Positions 18,987-27,086 of a stretch of 64,000 bases of DNA are shown here, in pieces. Source of the DNA: Bacteroidales bacterium (lineage in GTDB: Bacteria > Bacteroidota > Bacteroidia > Bacteroidales > UBA932); the NCBI GenBank assembly GCA_017959005.1, contig JAGDBO010000016.1:46407-110406 (forward strand), read 5' to 3'. The stretch's first letter is position 1, and the number at the start of each line of letters is the position of its first letter. A model generated the notes under the pieces. That model was not told the DNA's origin. It did not search any database and was given only the letters and a program-made list of their open reading frames with translations. The translations under genes were made by a program, and so were the position numbers.

Positions 18987-19423
18987 AAAAGGGAATAATT
19001 GCACACGAGGGAGTTATTTCTGCTGAGACTGAGAGCCATTACAAAGTCTCAATTACCTCCCGCTCTGCCTGTGCAGCCTGTCATGCAAAGGGGCTCTGCA
19101 GCGCCTCCGAGATGGCAAACAAAGTTATTGATGTGGAGAAAAGCCGCGCAGAGGGACTCTATAAGGTGGGGGATCGTGTAAACGTCAATCTGGAGGAGTC
19201 TATGGGTATGAAAGCGGTCTGGATTGTTTATGCCCTTCCGGCCATCATTTTAGTAACCTTTTTGTTATATTTGCAACGCCTGACTCTGAGTGAATTGGTG
19301 GTGGGACTTAGCGTTTTGGGGGCCATTGCAATATACTTCATTGTGCTCTATCTGTTGCGAGGTCGTATAGGACGCAGTTTCCACTTTTCTATCAGCGGTT
19401 TGGAAGAAACAACTAACAAATAA
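18983..19423 (+). CDS. RseC/SoxR-reducing-system family protein (Rnf operon leader gene)
   Basis: 146 aa. Cys motif SACAACHAKGLCS followed by two TM helices, directly upstream of rnfB. Confidence 0.7.
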   Translation: MKKGIIAHEGVISAETESHYKVSITSRSACAACHAKGLCSASEMANKVIDVEKSRAEGLYKVGDRVNVNLEESMGMKAVWIVYALPAIILVTFLLYLQRLTLSELVVGLSVLGAIAIYFIVLYLLRGRIGRSFHFSISGLEETTNK

Positions 19424-19427
19424 ATAA

Positions 19428-20312
19428 ATGACTAATACCATTATTTTTACCATCGCCACATTGGCAGTTCTAGGACTGTTGCTGGCGATTGTGCTCTACA
19501 TTGTAGCCCAAAAGTTCAAGGTAGAGGAGGACCCGAGGATTGACATCGTTGAGTCCATTCTCCCTGGAGCGAATTGCGGCGGATGCGGTAAAGCAGGTTG
19601 TAGAGCTTTTGCTGAGGCAGCCGTAAAGGAGGGGCTGGAGACATGCTTCTGCCCGGTGGGCGGTAATCCTACCATGCAGAAAATTGCAGAGGCTCTGGGT
19701 CTTACGGTAGAGGCTAAAGATCCTCAGGTTGCCGTTGTAAGGTGCTCTGGTTCTTGTGATAAGAGAAAGAAGACCACCCTTTATGACGGCCTTGCTACCT
19801 GTGCAACAATTGCCTCTCTCTACTCCGGAGATACTGACTGTAAGTTCGGATGTCTTGGAAGAGGAGACTGCGAGGCTGCTTGTAAATTTGATGCAATAAA
19901 AATTAATCCTGAGACCGGACTCCCGGAGGTTGACGAGGAGAAGTGTACCGCTTGCGGTGCCTGCACAAAGGCTTGTCCTAAAGGCATTATTGAGCTCCGC
20001 AACAAAGGTCCTAAGAGCCGCCGTCTCTATGTTGCCTGCCGCAATCAGGATAAGGGTGCGGTTGCAAGAAAGGCTTGTCTGGCTGCCTGCATAGGTTGCG
20101 GTAAGTGCCAGAAAGTCTGCGCGTTCGAAGCTATTACGGTGGAGAATAATCTTGCTTACATAGATTACACCAAGTGCCGTATGTGCCGTAAGTGCGCAGC
20201 CGAGTGTCCAACCGGTGCAATCCACGAGGTTAATTTCCCTCCACGTCCTGTTAAGCCGGCAGCACCTGCACAACCTGCAGCGCCTAAACAAGAAGTTCCA
20301 CTTAACAAATAG
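19428..20312 (+). CDS. rnfB: Rnf electron transport complex subunit B
   Basis: 294 aa. N-terminal TM, then several CxxCxxCxxxCP ferredoxin motifs. Confidence 0.9.
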   Translation: MTNTIIFTIATLAVLGLLLAIVLYIVAQKFKVEEDPRIDIVESILPGANCGGCGKAGCRAFAEAAVKEGLETCFCPVGGNPTMQKIAEALGLTVEAKDPQVAVVRCSGSCDKRKKTTLYDGLATCATIASLYSGDTDCKFGCLGRGDCEAACKFDAIKINPETGLPEVDEEKCTACGACTKACPKGIIELRNKGPKSRRLYVACRNQDKGAVARKACLAACIGCGKCQKVCAFEAITVENNLAYIDYTKCRMCRKCAAECPTGAIHEVNFPPRPVKPAAPAQPAAPKQEVPLNK

Positions 20313-20320
20313 AGAGTGAT

Positions 20321-21652
20321 ATGAGAACATTCAAAATGGGAGGAGTTCATCCTGCAGATAAAAAGATCTCAAAGGATGCAGCCATTGAAAAACTGCCTAT
20401 TCCTAAGACAGTCTATATCTCAATGGGTCAGCACCTTGGCGCTCCTGCAGAGCCGTGTGTGGCTCCCGGAGACAAGGTAAAGGTGGGCCAGTTGATTGCA
20501 AATGCAACGGGCTTTGTTTCTGCTCCGGTACACTCTTCAGTTAGTGGTACCGTTAAATCTATCGAGATGGTTAAAGATCTTGCCGGCAAACCTGGTAAGG
20601 CGGTTGTCATTGATGTTGAGGGAGATGAGTGGGTTGAGACAATAGACAGATCTGAGACCGTTGTTAAAGAGATTACTCTGGATAAAAAAGAGATAGTTGA
20701 AAGAATTAAGGAGTGCGGAGTTGTAGGTTTGGGAGGTGCTACTTTCCCAACCAACGTTAAACTCTCTCCTCCTCCGACCGCTACTCCTACCTGCGTGATT
20801 ATCAACGGAGCAGAGTGTGAGCCATATCTTACTTCAGACTACCGTGTCATGATTGAGAAACCGGATCAGCTTCTGATTGGCGGTACGATTCTGATGAAGG
20901 CTCTGGGTGTTGACAAGTGCTACATTGGTATTGAGGAGAATAAGCCTGAGGCTATCAAACTTCTTACTGAAAAGGCTAAGGAGTACCCTGGAGTTGAGGT
21001 TGTAAAACTCAAAAAGAAATATCCGCAAGGCGGTGAGAAACAGCTTATTGACGCTGTTATTGGCAAGAAAGTTCCTTCAATGGGACTTCCTGTAGATACC
21101 GGTGCGGTTGTTCAGAATGTGGGAACCGCATTTGCAGTTTACGAGGCCGTTCAGAAGCACAAGCCTCTCTTTGAGGGCATTATGACTGTTACCGGAGATT
21201 GCTCAAAGCAGCAGCGCAACTTTGTTCACAGAGTAGGTACTCCTCTGAGTTTCATTATGGAGTATTGCGGTGGCGTTCCTGAGGATGCAGCCAAGATTAT
21301 AAGCGGCGGTCCTATGATGGGTAAGGCCATTGTGAACATAGACGCTCCAACTCTCAAGGGTACATCTTCTATCCTCTATCTTACTGAGGCTCAGACAAAG
21401 AGAAAACCGGAGAGCAACTGTATCCGTTGCGGAAAATGCGTAGGTGCATGCCCTATGGGACTTGAACCTTATCTGCTCAACAAACTCGGACGCAACAATA
21501 TGTTTGACGAGTTGGAAGCACACAAGGTTTATGACTGTATTGAGTGCGGCTGCTGTTCATTCAGCTGTCCGGCATATATTCCTCTGTTGGATACCATCCG
21601 CCAGAGCAAGGCTGCAGTTATGAAGATTATGAAGAGCCGTCCGAAGAAATAG
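20321..21652 (+). CDS. rnfC: Rnf electron transport complex subunit C
   Basis: 443 aa. CIRCGKCVGACP and CIECGCCSFSCP clusters. Confidence 0.9.
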   Translation: MRTFKMGGVHPADKKISKDAAIEKLPIPKTVYISMGQHLGAPAEPCVAPGDKVKVGQLIANATGFVSAPVHSSVSGTVKSIEMVKDLAGKPGKAVVIDVEGDEWVETIDRSETVVKEITLDKKEIVERIKECGVVGLGGATFPTNVKLSPPPTATPTCVIINGAECEPYLTSDYRVMIEKPDQLLIGGTILMKALGVDKCYIGIEENKPEAIKLLTEKAKEYPGVEVVKLKKKYPQGGEKQLIDAVIGKKVPSMGLPVDTGAVVQNVGTAFAVYEAVQKHKPLFEGIMTVTGDCSKQQRNFVHRVGTPLSFIMEYCGGVPEDAAKIISGGPMMGKAIVNIDAPTLKGTSSILYLTEAQTKRKPESNCIRCGKCVGACPMGLEPYLLNKLGRNNMFDELEAHKVYDCIECGCCSFSCPAYIPLLDTIRQSKAAVMKIMKSRPKK

Positions 21653-21688
21653 GGGCGGGTAATTAGTGAAAATTAAAATTGAACAACA

Positions 21689-22708
21689 ATGAATAAACTG
21701 ATTGTATCTCCTTCTCCTCACGTTCACGGGAAGGATAATACCAGGAGGCTGATGGGCGATGTGATTATTGCACTTCTGCCGGCCGTTCTGGTATCAATCT
21801 ATTTCTTCGGGCTCTCTGCAATACACCTGGTGGCTGTCAGCGTAGTTGCCTGTGTTGCAGTAGAATTCCTTATTCAAAAGTTCCTCTTGAAGGGTAAGAG
21901 TTCAATTGGAGATCTCTCTGCAATTGTTACGGGAGTTCTGCTTGCTTTGAACCTTCCGGTATGTTCACCGTGGTGGCTTATTCTTATAGGTGCCGTTGTG
22001 GCTATCGGAATTGCCAAGATGACTTTTGGAGGATTGGGACAGAACATTTTCAACCCGGCTCTGGTAGCCCGCGTTGTACTTTTGGTCTCTTTCCCTATCC
22101 TTATGACAGGTTCTGCATTCCACGCTCCTGAGAGCGGTTACATCTTTGGTAACGCTCCTGAGTTTGTGGATGCAACTTCCGGTGCAACTCCGCTGGCTCT
22201 TGTAAAAGAGCAACTTGCAAAGGGAGTTGCAATGGATGAGATAATGAAGGATCCTAACCTTTCATACTTTCAGATGCTCTATGCAAGAATGGGAGGAAGT
22301 GCCGGAGAGCTCTCCGCAATTGCTCTGATTCTAGGCTTTGTCTACCTGCTTGTAAGAAGGGTTATCAAACCTTACATCTCACTCTCAGTTCTTCTTACGG
22401 TCTTCATCTTCTCCGGTCTGCTCTACCTGGGTAATCCGGCAAAGTTTGTAGACCCTGTATTCAACTTGCTTACAGGAGGTTTGCTGCTTGGAGCCTTCTT
22501 TATGGCTACGGATTACGTAACCAGCCCAATGACTACCAAAGGTCAGATTATCTTTGGTGTGGGCATTGGTGTAATTACCGTACTCATAAGAGCATTTGGC
22601 GCATACCCTGAGGGAGTTTCATTTGCAATACTTATTATGAACTCTACGGTTCCTCTTCTCAATAAGATTCAACCAAAGAGATTTGCGAAGGAGGCGCAGA
22701 AAAAGTAA
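21689..22708 (+). CDS. rnfD: Rnf electron transport complex subunit D
   Basis: 339 aa polytopic membrane protein. MATDYVTSP motif. Confidence 0.9.
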   Translation: MNKLIVSPSPHVHGKDNTRRLMGDVIIALLPAVLVSIYFFGLSAIHLVAVSVVACVAVEFLIQKFLLKGKSSIGDLSAIVTGVLLALNLPVCSPWWLILIGAVVAIGIAKMTFGGLGQNIFNPALVARVVLLVSFPILMTGSAFHAPESGYIFGNAPEFVDATSGATPLALVKEQLAKGVAMDEIMKDPNLSYFQMLYARMGGSAGELSAIALILGFVYLLVRRVIKPYISLSVLLTVFIFSGLLYLGNPAKFVDPVFNLLTGGLLLGAFFMATDYVTSPMTTKGQIIFGVGIGVITVLIRAFGAYPEGVSFAILIMNSTVPLLNKIQPKRFAKEAQKK

Positions 22709-23301
22709 TGGCTATTAAATCTTCACTCAGAAATATGGCGCTTGTGCTTACGCTGGTATGCTTAGGTGCATCCGCTGCTGTAGCAGTCATTTACGCTGTT
22801 ACCAAAGATCCTATCGAGATAGCAAAGGCAGATAAGACCAACAAGGCTATCAAGCAGGTGGTTCCCGCTTTTGACAACAACCCTTCAGAGGAGATTCTCA
22901 ACATTCCTGCAGACCTTTCCTCTCCGCAAGAGACCAACAAGGTTTACGTTGCGAAGAAGGGAGATGAGATTGTAGGTTATGCTGTGGAAAGTACTACTAC
23001 TAAGGGTTTTGGAGGAGCCTTCACCATTATGGTCGGCTTCACTCCAAACGGTGAGGTTTACAACACTTCCGTTATTTCTCACTCAGAGACTCCTGGCCTG
23101 GGTGCAAAAATTACGGACGGTCAAAGTCACTTCATCACTCAGTGGAACGGTAAAAATCTTGTAGACGGTTCCGTAAAAATTGCAGTAACAAAGGATGGCG
23201 GAGATATTGATGCAATCACTGCATCTACCATCACATCAAGAGCTTACTGTGATGCTATGGAGATTGCCGGCAACGTATTCAATAATATTAACATCCAATA
23301 G
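22708..23301 (+). CDS. rnfG: Rnf electron transport complex subunit G
   Basis: 197 aa. HSETPGLGAK and FMN-attachment region AITASTITSRA. Confidence 0.9.
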   Translation: MAIKSSLRNMALVLTLVCLGASAAVAVIYAVTKDPIEIAKADKTNKAIKQVVPAFDNNPSEEILNIPADLSSPQETNKVYVAKKGDEIVGYAVESTTTKGFGGAFTIMVGFTPNGEVYNTSVISHSETPGLGAKITDGQSHFITQWNGKNLVDGSVKIAVTKDGGDIDAITASTITSRAYCDAMEIAGNVFNNINIQ

Positions 23302-23310
23302 CGAAAGGTT

Positions 23311-23901
23311 ATGAGTAAGTTTAAATATCTACTTGAAGGTATAGTAAAGAACAACCCAACCTTCGTTTTGGTTTTGGGTATGTGTCCTACACTTGCAACC
23401 ACCACCTCCGCAATGAACGGTATGGGTATGGGTGCTGCAACTATGGCGGTTTTGATCTGCTCAAACATGGTGATTTCACTCCTTGCTCCAATTATTCCGG
23501 ACAAGGTCAGAATCCCTTGCTATATTGTTGTGATTGCCGCATTTGTAACTGTGGTTCAGTTTGTTATGCAGGCATTCACTCCGGCTCTCTATGAGACACT
23601 GGGAATCTTCATCCCTCTGATTGTGGTTAACTGTATTGTGCTTGGAAGAGCCGAGGCCTTTGCCAACAAACACTCCGTTTTGGAGAGTGCTTTGGACGGA
23701 ATAGGAATCGGTATCGGATTCACCATTGCACTTACTTGCATTGGACTCGTCAGAGAAGTTTTGGGTAACCTCTCAGCATTTGATCACAAGTTTGCCTCAT
23801 CAGACGGAATGCTTGTCTTCGTCCTTGCACCTGGTGCCTTCCTTGTACTTGGATATCTGATGGTTATCTTCAACAAAATTAAAGGTAAAAAGAACGCTTA
23901 A
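23311..23901 (+). CDS. rnfE: Rnf electron transport complex subunit E
   Basis: 196 aa RnfA/E-family membrane protein. NPTFVLVLGMCP and IVVNCIVLGRAE. Confidence 0.9.
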   Translation: MSKFKYLLEGIVKNNPTFVLVLGMCPTLATTTSAMNGMGMGAATMAVLICSNMVISLLAPIIPDKVRIPCYIVVIAAFVTVVQFVMQAFTPALYETLGIFIPLIVVNCIVLGRAEAFANKHSVLESALDGIGIGIGFTIALTCIGLVREVLGNLSAFDHKFASSDGMLVFVLAPGAFLVLGYLMVIFNKIKGKKNA

Positions 23902-23913
23902 AACGGAAAGAGT

Positions 23914-24531
23914 ATGGAATATATAATTATCATAATAACGGCCGTATTCGTAAATAACGTAGTACTCAGCCAGTTCCTTGGAATCTGTCCGTTCCTGGGC
24001 GTATCCAAGAAGATTTCCACCGCTTTCGGAATGTCTCTTGCTCTGGTTCTGGTTATGGGACTTGCAACTCTGGTTACATATCTCATTCAGAATTATGTAC
24101 TTATAAATACCTGGTTTGGAGAGAAGATGGATATCACCTTCATGCAGACAATTGTCTTCATCCTTGTGATAGCCGCTCTGGTTCAGATGGTTGAGATTAT
24201 CCTCAAGAAGATAAACCCAACTCTCTATCAGGCACTCGGAATCTTCCTTCCTCTGATTACCACCAACTGCGCCGTTTTGGGTGCCGCTCTCATTGTGGTT
24301 ACCAAGCAGTTCTCCTTTGGCGGAGAGCCTCACATGCTTAACCTTGCAGAGAGCGTAGTTTACTCTATGGCACTTGCAGTGGGCTTTGGCGTTGCAATCA
24401 TTCTCTTTGCAGGAATGAGAGAGCAGATGGAGCTCAGCAACGTTCCTAAGTCACTCAAAGGCACCCCAATAGCCCTTATCACAGCAGGTCTGTTGGCACT
24501 CGCCTTTATGGGATTCCAAGGTATTGTATAA
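23914..24531 (+). CDS. rnfA: Rnf electron transport complex subunit A
   Basis: 205 aa. NNVVLSQFLGICPFLG and LITTNCAVLG. Confidence 0.9.
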   Translation: MEYIIIIITAVFVNNVVLSQFLGICPFLGVSKKISTAFGMSLALVLVMGLATLVTYLIQNYVLINTWFGEKMDITFMQTIVFILVIAALVQMVEIILKKINPTLYQALGIFLPLITTNCAVLGAALIVVTKQFSFGGEPHMLNLAESVVYSMALAVGFGVAIILFAGMREQMELSNVPKSLKGTPIALITAGLLALAFMGFQGIV

Positions 24532-24546
24532 CCATCGAGATATAAA

Positions 24547-24834
24547 TTGGAAGAGAAGAAAAAAATACTCTCCCGGTTAATAACCGCAGTTGAGATAGAA
24601 GCTCTTATGAGGGAGGGCCGCAATGAAGAGGCAAGACAGTGCCTTATGGCCCTCCTTGATAAGGAGCCTAATAATGATTATGCCTGGTTTCTGCTGGGCA
24701 ACCTCTATTGCCGCGGGCAACTCTTCAGAGAGGCTCTTGAGTCCTACAACAAAGCCAAACTTTTGGCTCCCGATGGCCCCGCCGCCGCTGCAGTAGACTG
24801 GGTGGTTGAACAACTCACCCCGGAAAATATCTAA
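24547..24834 (+). CDS. Small TPR-like protein
   Basis: 95 aa from a TTG start (ATG alternative at 24607). YAWFLLGNLYCRGQLFREALESYNKA resembles a TPR unit. Confidence 0.4.
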   Translation: MEEKKKILSRLITAVEIEALMREGRNEEARQCLMALLDKEPNNDYAWFLLGNLYCRGQLFREALESYNKAKLLAPDGPAAAAVDWVVEQLTPENI

Positions 24835-24836
24835 AG

Positions 24837-25436
24837 ATGAAAAAGCTTTTACTTATCTCACTTTGCGCTGTTGCCTTAATGGTGGCAAACAGTGCTAATG
24901 CTCAGTCTGACAACACTTTCCCAAAGAATGAGTTTTCCGTTTCTTACGGAGCTGCATCCAACTCCCAATGGATAGATTTCTATTCAGATGTAATAAGTAC
25001 CGCCTTGGGAGTTACTACCAAAGACAAGTTCAGTTTTGGTCCTATCTCTGCTGAATATTTCCGCAGACTCTCTCCGGTAATTGCAGTTGGTGCAGTCGGT
25101 GTTATTACTTCAGAAAAGAGAGACCTCCTCTACAAAGATGAAAAGTATGCAGACTATACAAGCTCATACTACACTCTTATGCCGGCAGTTAAGTTCAACT
25201 GGCTGAGAAAGGAGAAGGTAGGCCTCTACTCCAAACTTGCTGCAGGTGTGACCTTTACCTCCAACAACATCAAAGATGCAGACAAGACCGTCTCTTCAGA
25301 CAAGGATAAAGATCTGATGTTCAACTTCCAGGCCTCCATGATTGGCGTAGAGGTAGGAACCACCCTCAGAGGTTTTGCAGAGATTGGCGTAGGCGAACAG
25401 GGCCTCATCCTCCTCGGCCTCCGTTACCGTTTCTAA
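24837..25436 (+). CDS. Small outer-membrane beta-barrel protein
   Basis: 199 aa with signal peptide ...ANSANAQ, alternating amphipathic strands, and C-terminal ...GLRYRF. Confidence 0.65.
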   Translation: MKKLLLISLCAVALMVANSANAQSDNTFPKNEFSVSYGAASNSQWIDFYSDVISTALGVTTKDKFSFGPISAEYFRRLSPVIAVGAVGVITSEKRDLLYKDEKYADYTSSYYTLMPAVKFNWLRKEKVGLYSKLAAGVTFTSNNIKDADKTVSSDKDKDLMFNFQASMIGVEVGTTLRGFAEIGVGEQGLILLGLRYRF

Positions 25437-25472
25437 AAATTATCCGAACTAAACCTTCGTTAGATAACAGCA

Positions 25473-25504
25473 AAAGCGGCCCGGGAAGGACCGCTTTGCT
25501 TTTA
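25473..25504 (+). terminator. Rho-independent terminator after the OMP gene
   Basis: AAAGCGG(C)CC-GGGAA-GG(A)CCGCTTT hairpin followed by a T-rich run. Confidence 0.65.
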
Positions 25505-25520
25505 TATGTCCTGTATTTCA

Positions 25521-25757
25521 TTAGTAGGCGAAAACTGCACGCGCATAGCGACTGTGCGACTTAAGCACACTCCAGAAACTACTATGGTAGAAATTGTAGC
25601 ACCATTCATTGCTGATATTGCCAGAGACTTCCGAACTGGACCAGTAGAAGTTGTCGTCCCCGTCCACTAATGCAATATTACCACAGGCGGTATTTATGGC
25701 AGTACGCAGTGTGTTGCCTACAAAGAGATTGAGTTTATGGTTGGGGCTATAAAATTT
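25521..25757 (-). pseudogene. C-terminal remnant (about 78 codons, no start codon) of a DUF1566/FISUMP-like surface protein gene
   Basis: Own translation: KFYSPNHKLNLFVGNTLRTAINTACGNIALVDGDDNFYWSSSEVSGNISNEWCYNFYHSSFWSVLKSHSRYARAVFAY*. The YW(S/T)...R-x-V C-terminal pattern also occurs in ORF 55248..56999. Confidence 0.4.
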
Positions 25758-25791
25758 TTATTTTTTTTATGGTTGTAACTATAAAAAATAT

Positions 25792-25799
25792 TAACTTTG
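25792..25799 (+). promoter_or_regulatory. Candidate -7 promoter box (TAACTTTG) for the AAA ATPase gene
   Basis: TAnnTTTG match 26 nt upstream of ATG 25825, within an AT-rich tract. Confidence 0.45.
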
Positions 25800-25824
25800 C
25801 GGTGAAACATAAATAGACGCTTTA

Positions 25825-27030
25825 ATGGAACCACTTGATCTTCAACCTTTATTTGATACCTATCACAGAAAAATTGCGAAGGTAAGTCTACGATTCAAAA
25901 GATATTTGTATAGCCAAATTAACTGGAAAGCTAGGATTATCAGTATCAAAGGAGCTCGTGGCGTTGGTAAAACAACGATGTTACTGCAACACATTCTTGA
26001 TAGTTACGAGAATATAGATAAGACTCTCTATGCTTCTCTAGATGATTTATGGTTCTCAACGCATAGTCTGATGGATTTGGTTGACTGGGCTTACAGACAC
26101 GGAATATCCCGTTTGTATTTGGATGAAGTTCACCGTTACGAGGGCTGGTCTTCATTGCTGAAGAATATCTATGATGGTTATCCGGATTTGAGTATAGTCT
26201 ATACCAGTAGTTCCCTTCTTGTTATGGACAATGCTAAAGTGGATATGTCTAGACGTCAGACCACTTATACCCTTTATGGGCTTTCATTCCGAGAATACCT
26301 TGAAATGGAAGACAAATATCACAGCAACGCACTTTCCCTTGAACAAATCCTTTTAGGTCATGTCAAAGAGGCTATGAAGATAGTCAGTAAGATAAAGGTT
26401 GCTCCATTATTTGAAGAATATCTTGAACATGGATACTATCCCTTCTATCAGGAGTCTATAGAAGATTTCCCAATGCGTCTGCGTGAGACAGTTTTGGTCG
26501 TTATTGACTCTGACTTACCGGCAGTGGAAATAGTTACCTTTGAAACACTCCAGAAGGTTAAGAAATTGCTTATGATTATTAGTGAGCATATTCCGTTTGA
26601 ACCGAATATGTCTGAGCTTTGGCGGCAGCTTTCTACAGATAATCAGTTAGGTCTCAGAATGTTATATGCAATTGATAAGGCTCAGGTATTGGGGCTTCTT
26701 AAAACAAAGGCTAAAAACTATAAATCCCTGACAAAACCTGAAAAGATCTTTTTGGGTAATACAAACTTGATGCATGTACTCTGTCCTTTCGTTGATAAGG
26801 GCAATGAAAGGGAAACCTTCTTCCTCAGCCAGTTGAAAGTGAACCACAACATTACCTATCCTCAATGTGGTGATTTCCTGGTTGATGGCAAATATCTGTT
26901 CGAGATAGGAGGAAAGAGTAAAACTTTCGATCAAATAGCTGATATACCCGACAGTTTCCTTGCTGTAGATGACACCGAAGTGGGACACGGCAACCGTATT
27001 CCACTCTGGTTATTTGGTTTCCTGTATTAA
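25825..27030 (+). CDS. AAA family ATPase (AAA_14 + DUF4143 type)
   Basis: 401 aa. Walker A GARGVGKTT and Walker B RLYLDEVH. Visibly lower GC than its neighbours. Confidence 0.75.
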   Translation: MEPLDLQPLFDTYHRKIAKVSLRFKRYLYSQINWKARIISIKGARGVGKTTMLLQHILDSYENIDKTLYASLDDLWFSTHSLMDLVDWAYRHGISRLYLDEVHRYEGWSSLLKNIYDGYPDLSIVYTSSSLLVMDNAKVDMSRRQTTYTLYGLSFREYLEMEDKYHSNALSLEQILLGHVKEAMKIVSKIKVAPLFEEYLEHGYYPFYQESIEDFPMRLRETVLVVIDSDLPAVEIVTFETLQKVKKLLMIISEHIPFEPNMSELWRQLSTDNQLGLRMLYAIDKAQVLGLLKTKAKNYKSLTKPEKIFLGNTNLMHVLCPFVDKGNERETFFLSQLKVNHNITYPQCGDFLVDGKYLFEIGGKSKTFDQIADIPDSFLAVDDTEVGHGNRIPLWLFGFLY

Positions 27031-27086
27031 ATGCAGAAAAGATTCGTTACTTTTGTCTCAAAGAAACTTTTAATTACCGTTCTATT

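Noticed and set aside
19470-20330. 286-aa minus-strand ORF antisense to rnfB. Similar long antisense ORFs occur at 42516..43274, 38017..38772, 9946..10638, 10960..11643, 33629..34228, 56289..56867 and 23800..24333.
   Set aside because: Each lies fully inside a confidently identified or longer sense gene. The products are low-complexity with no motifs. The core genes seem to avoid TTA, CTA and TCA codons, which removes stops from the antisense frame, so long antisense ORFs are expected artefacts.
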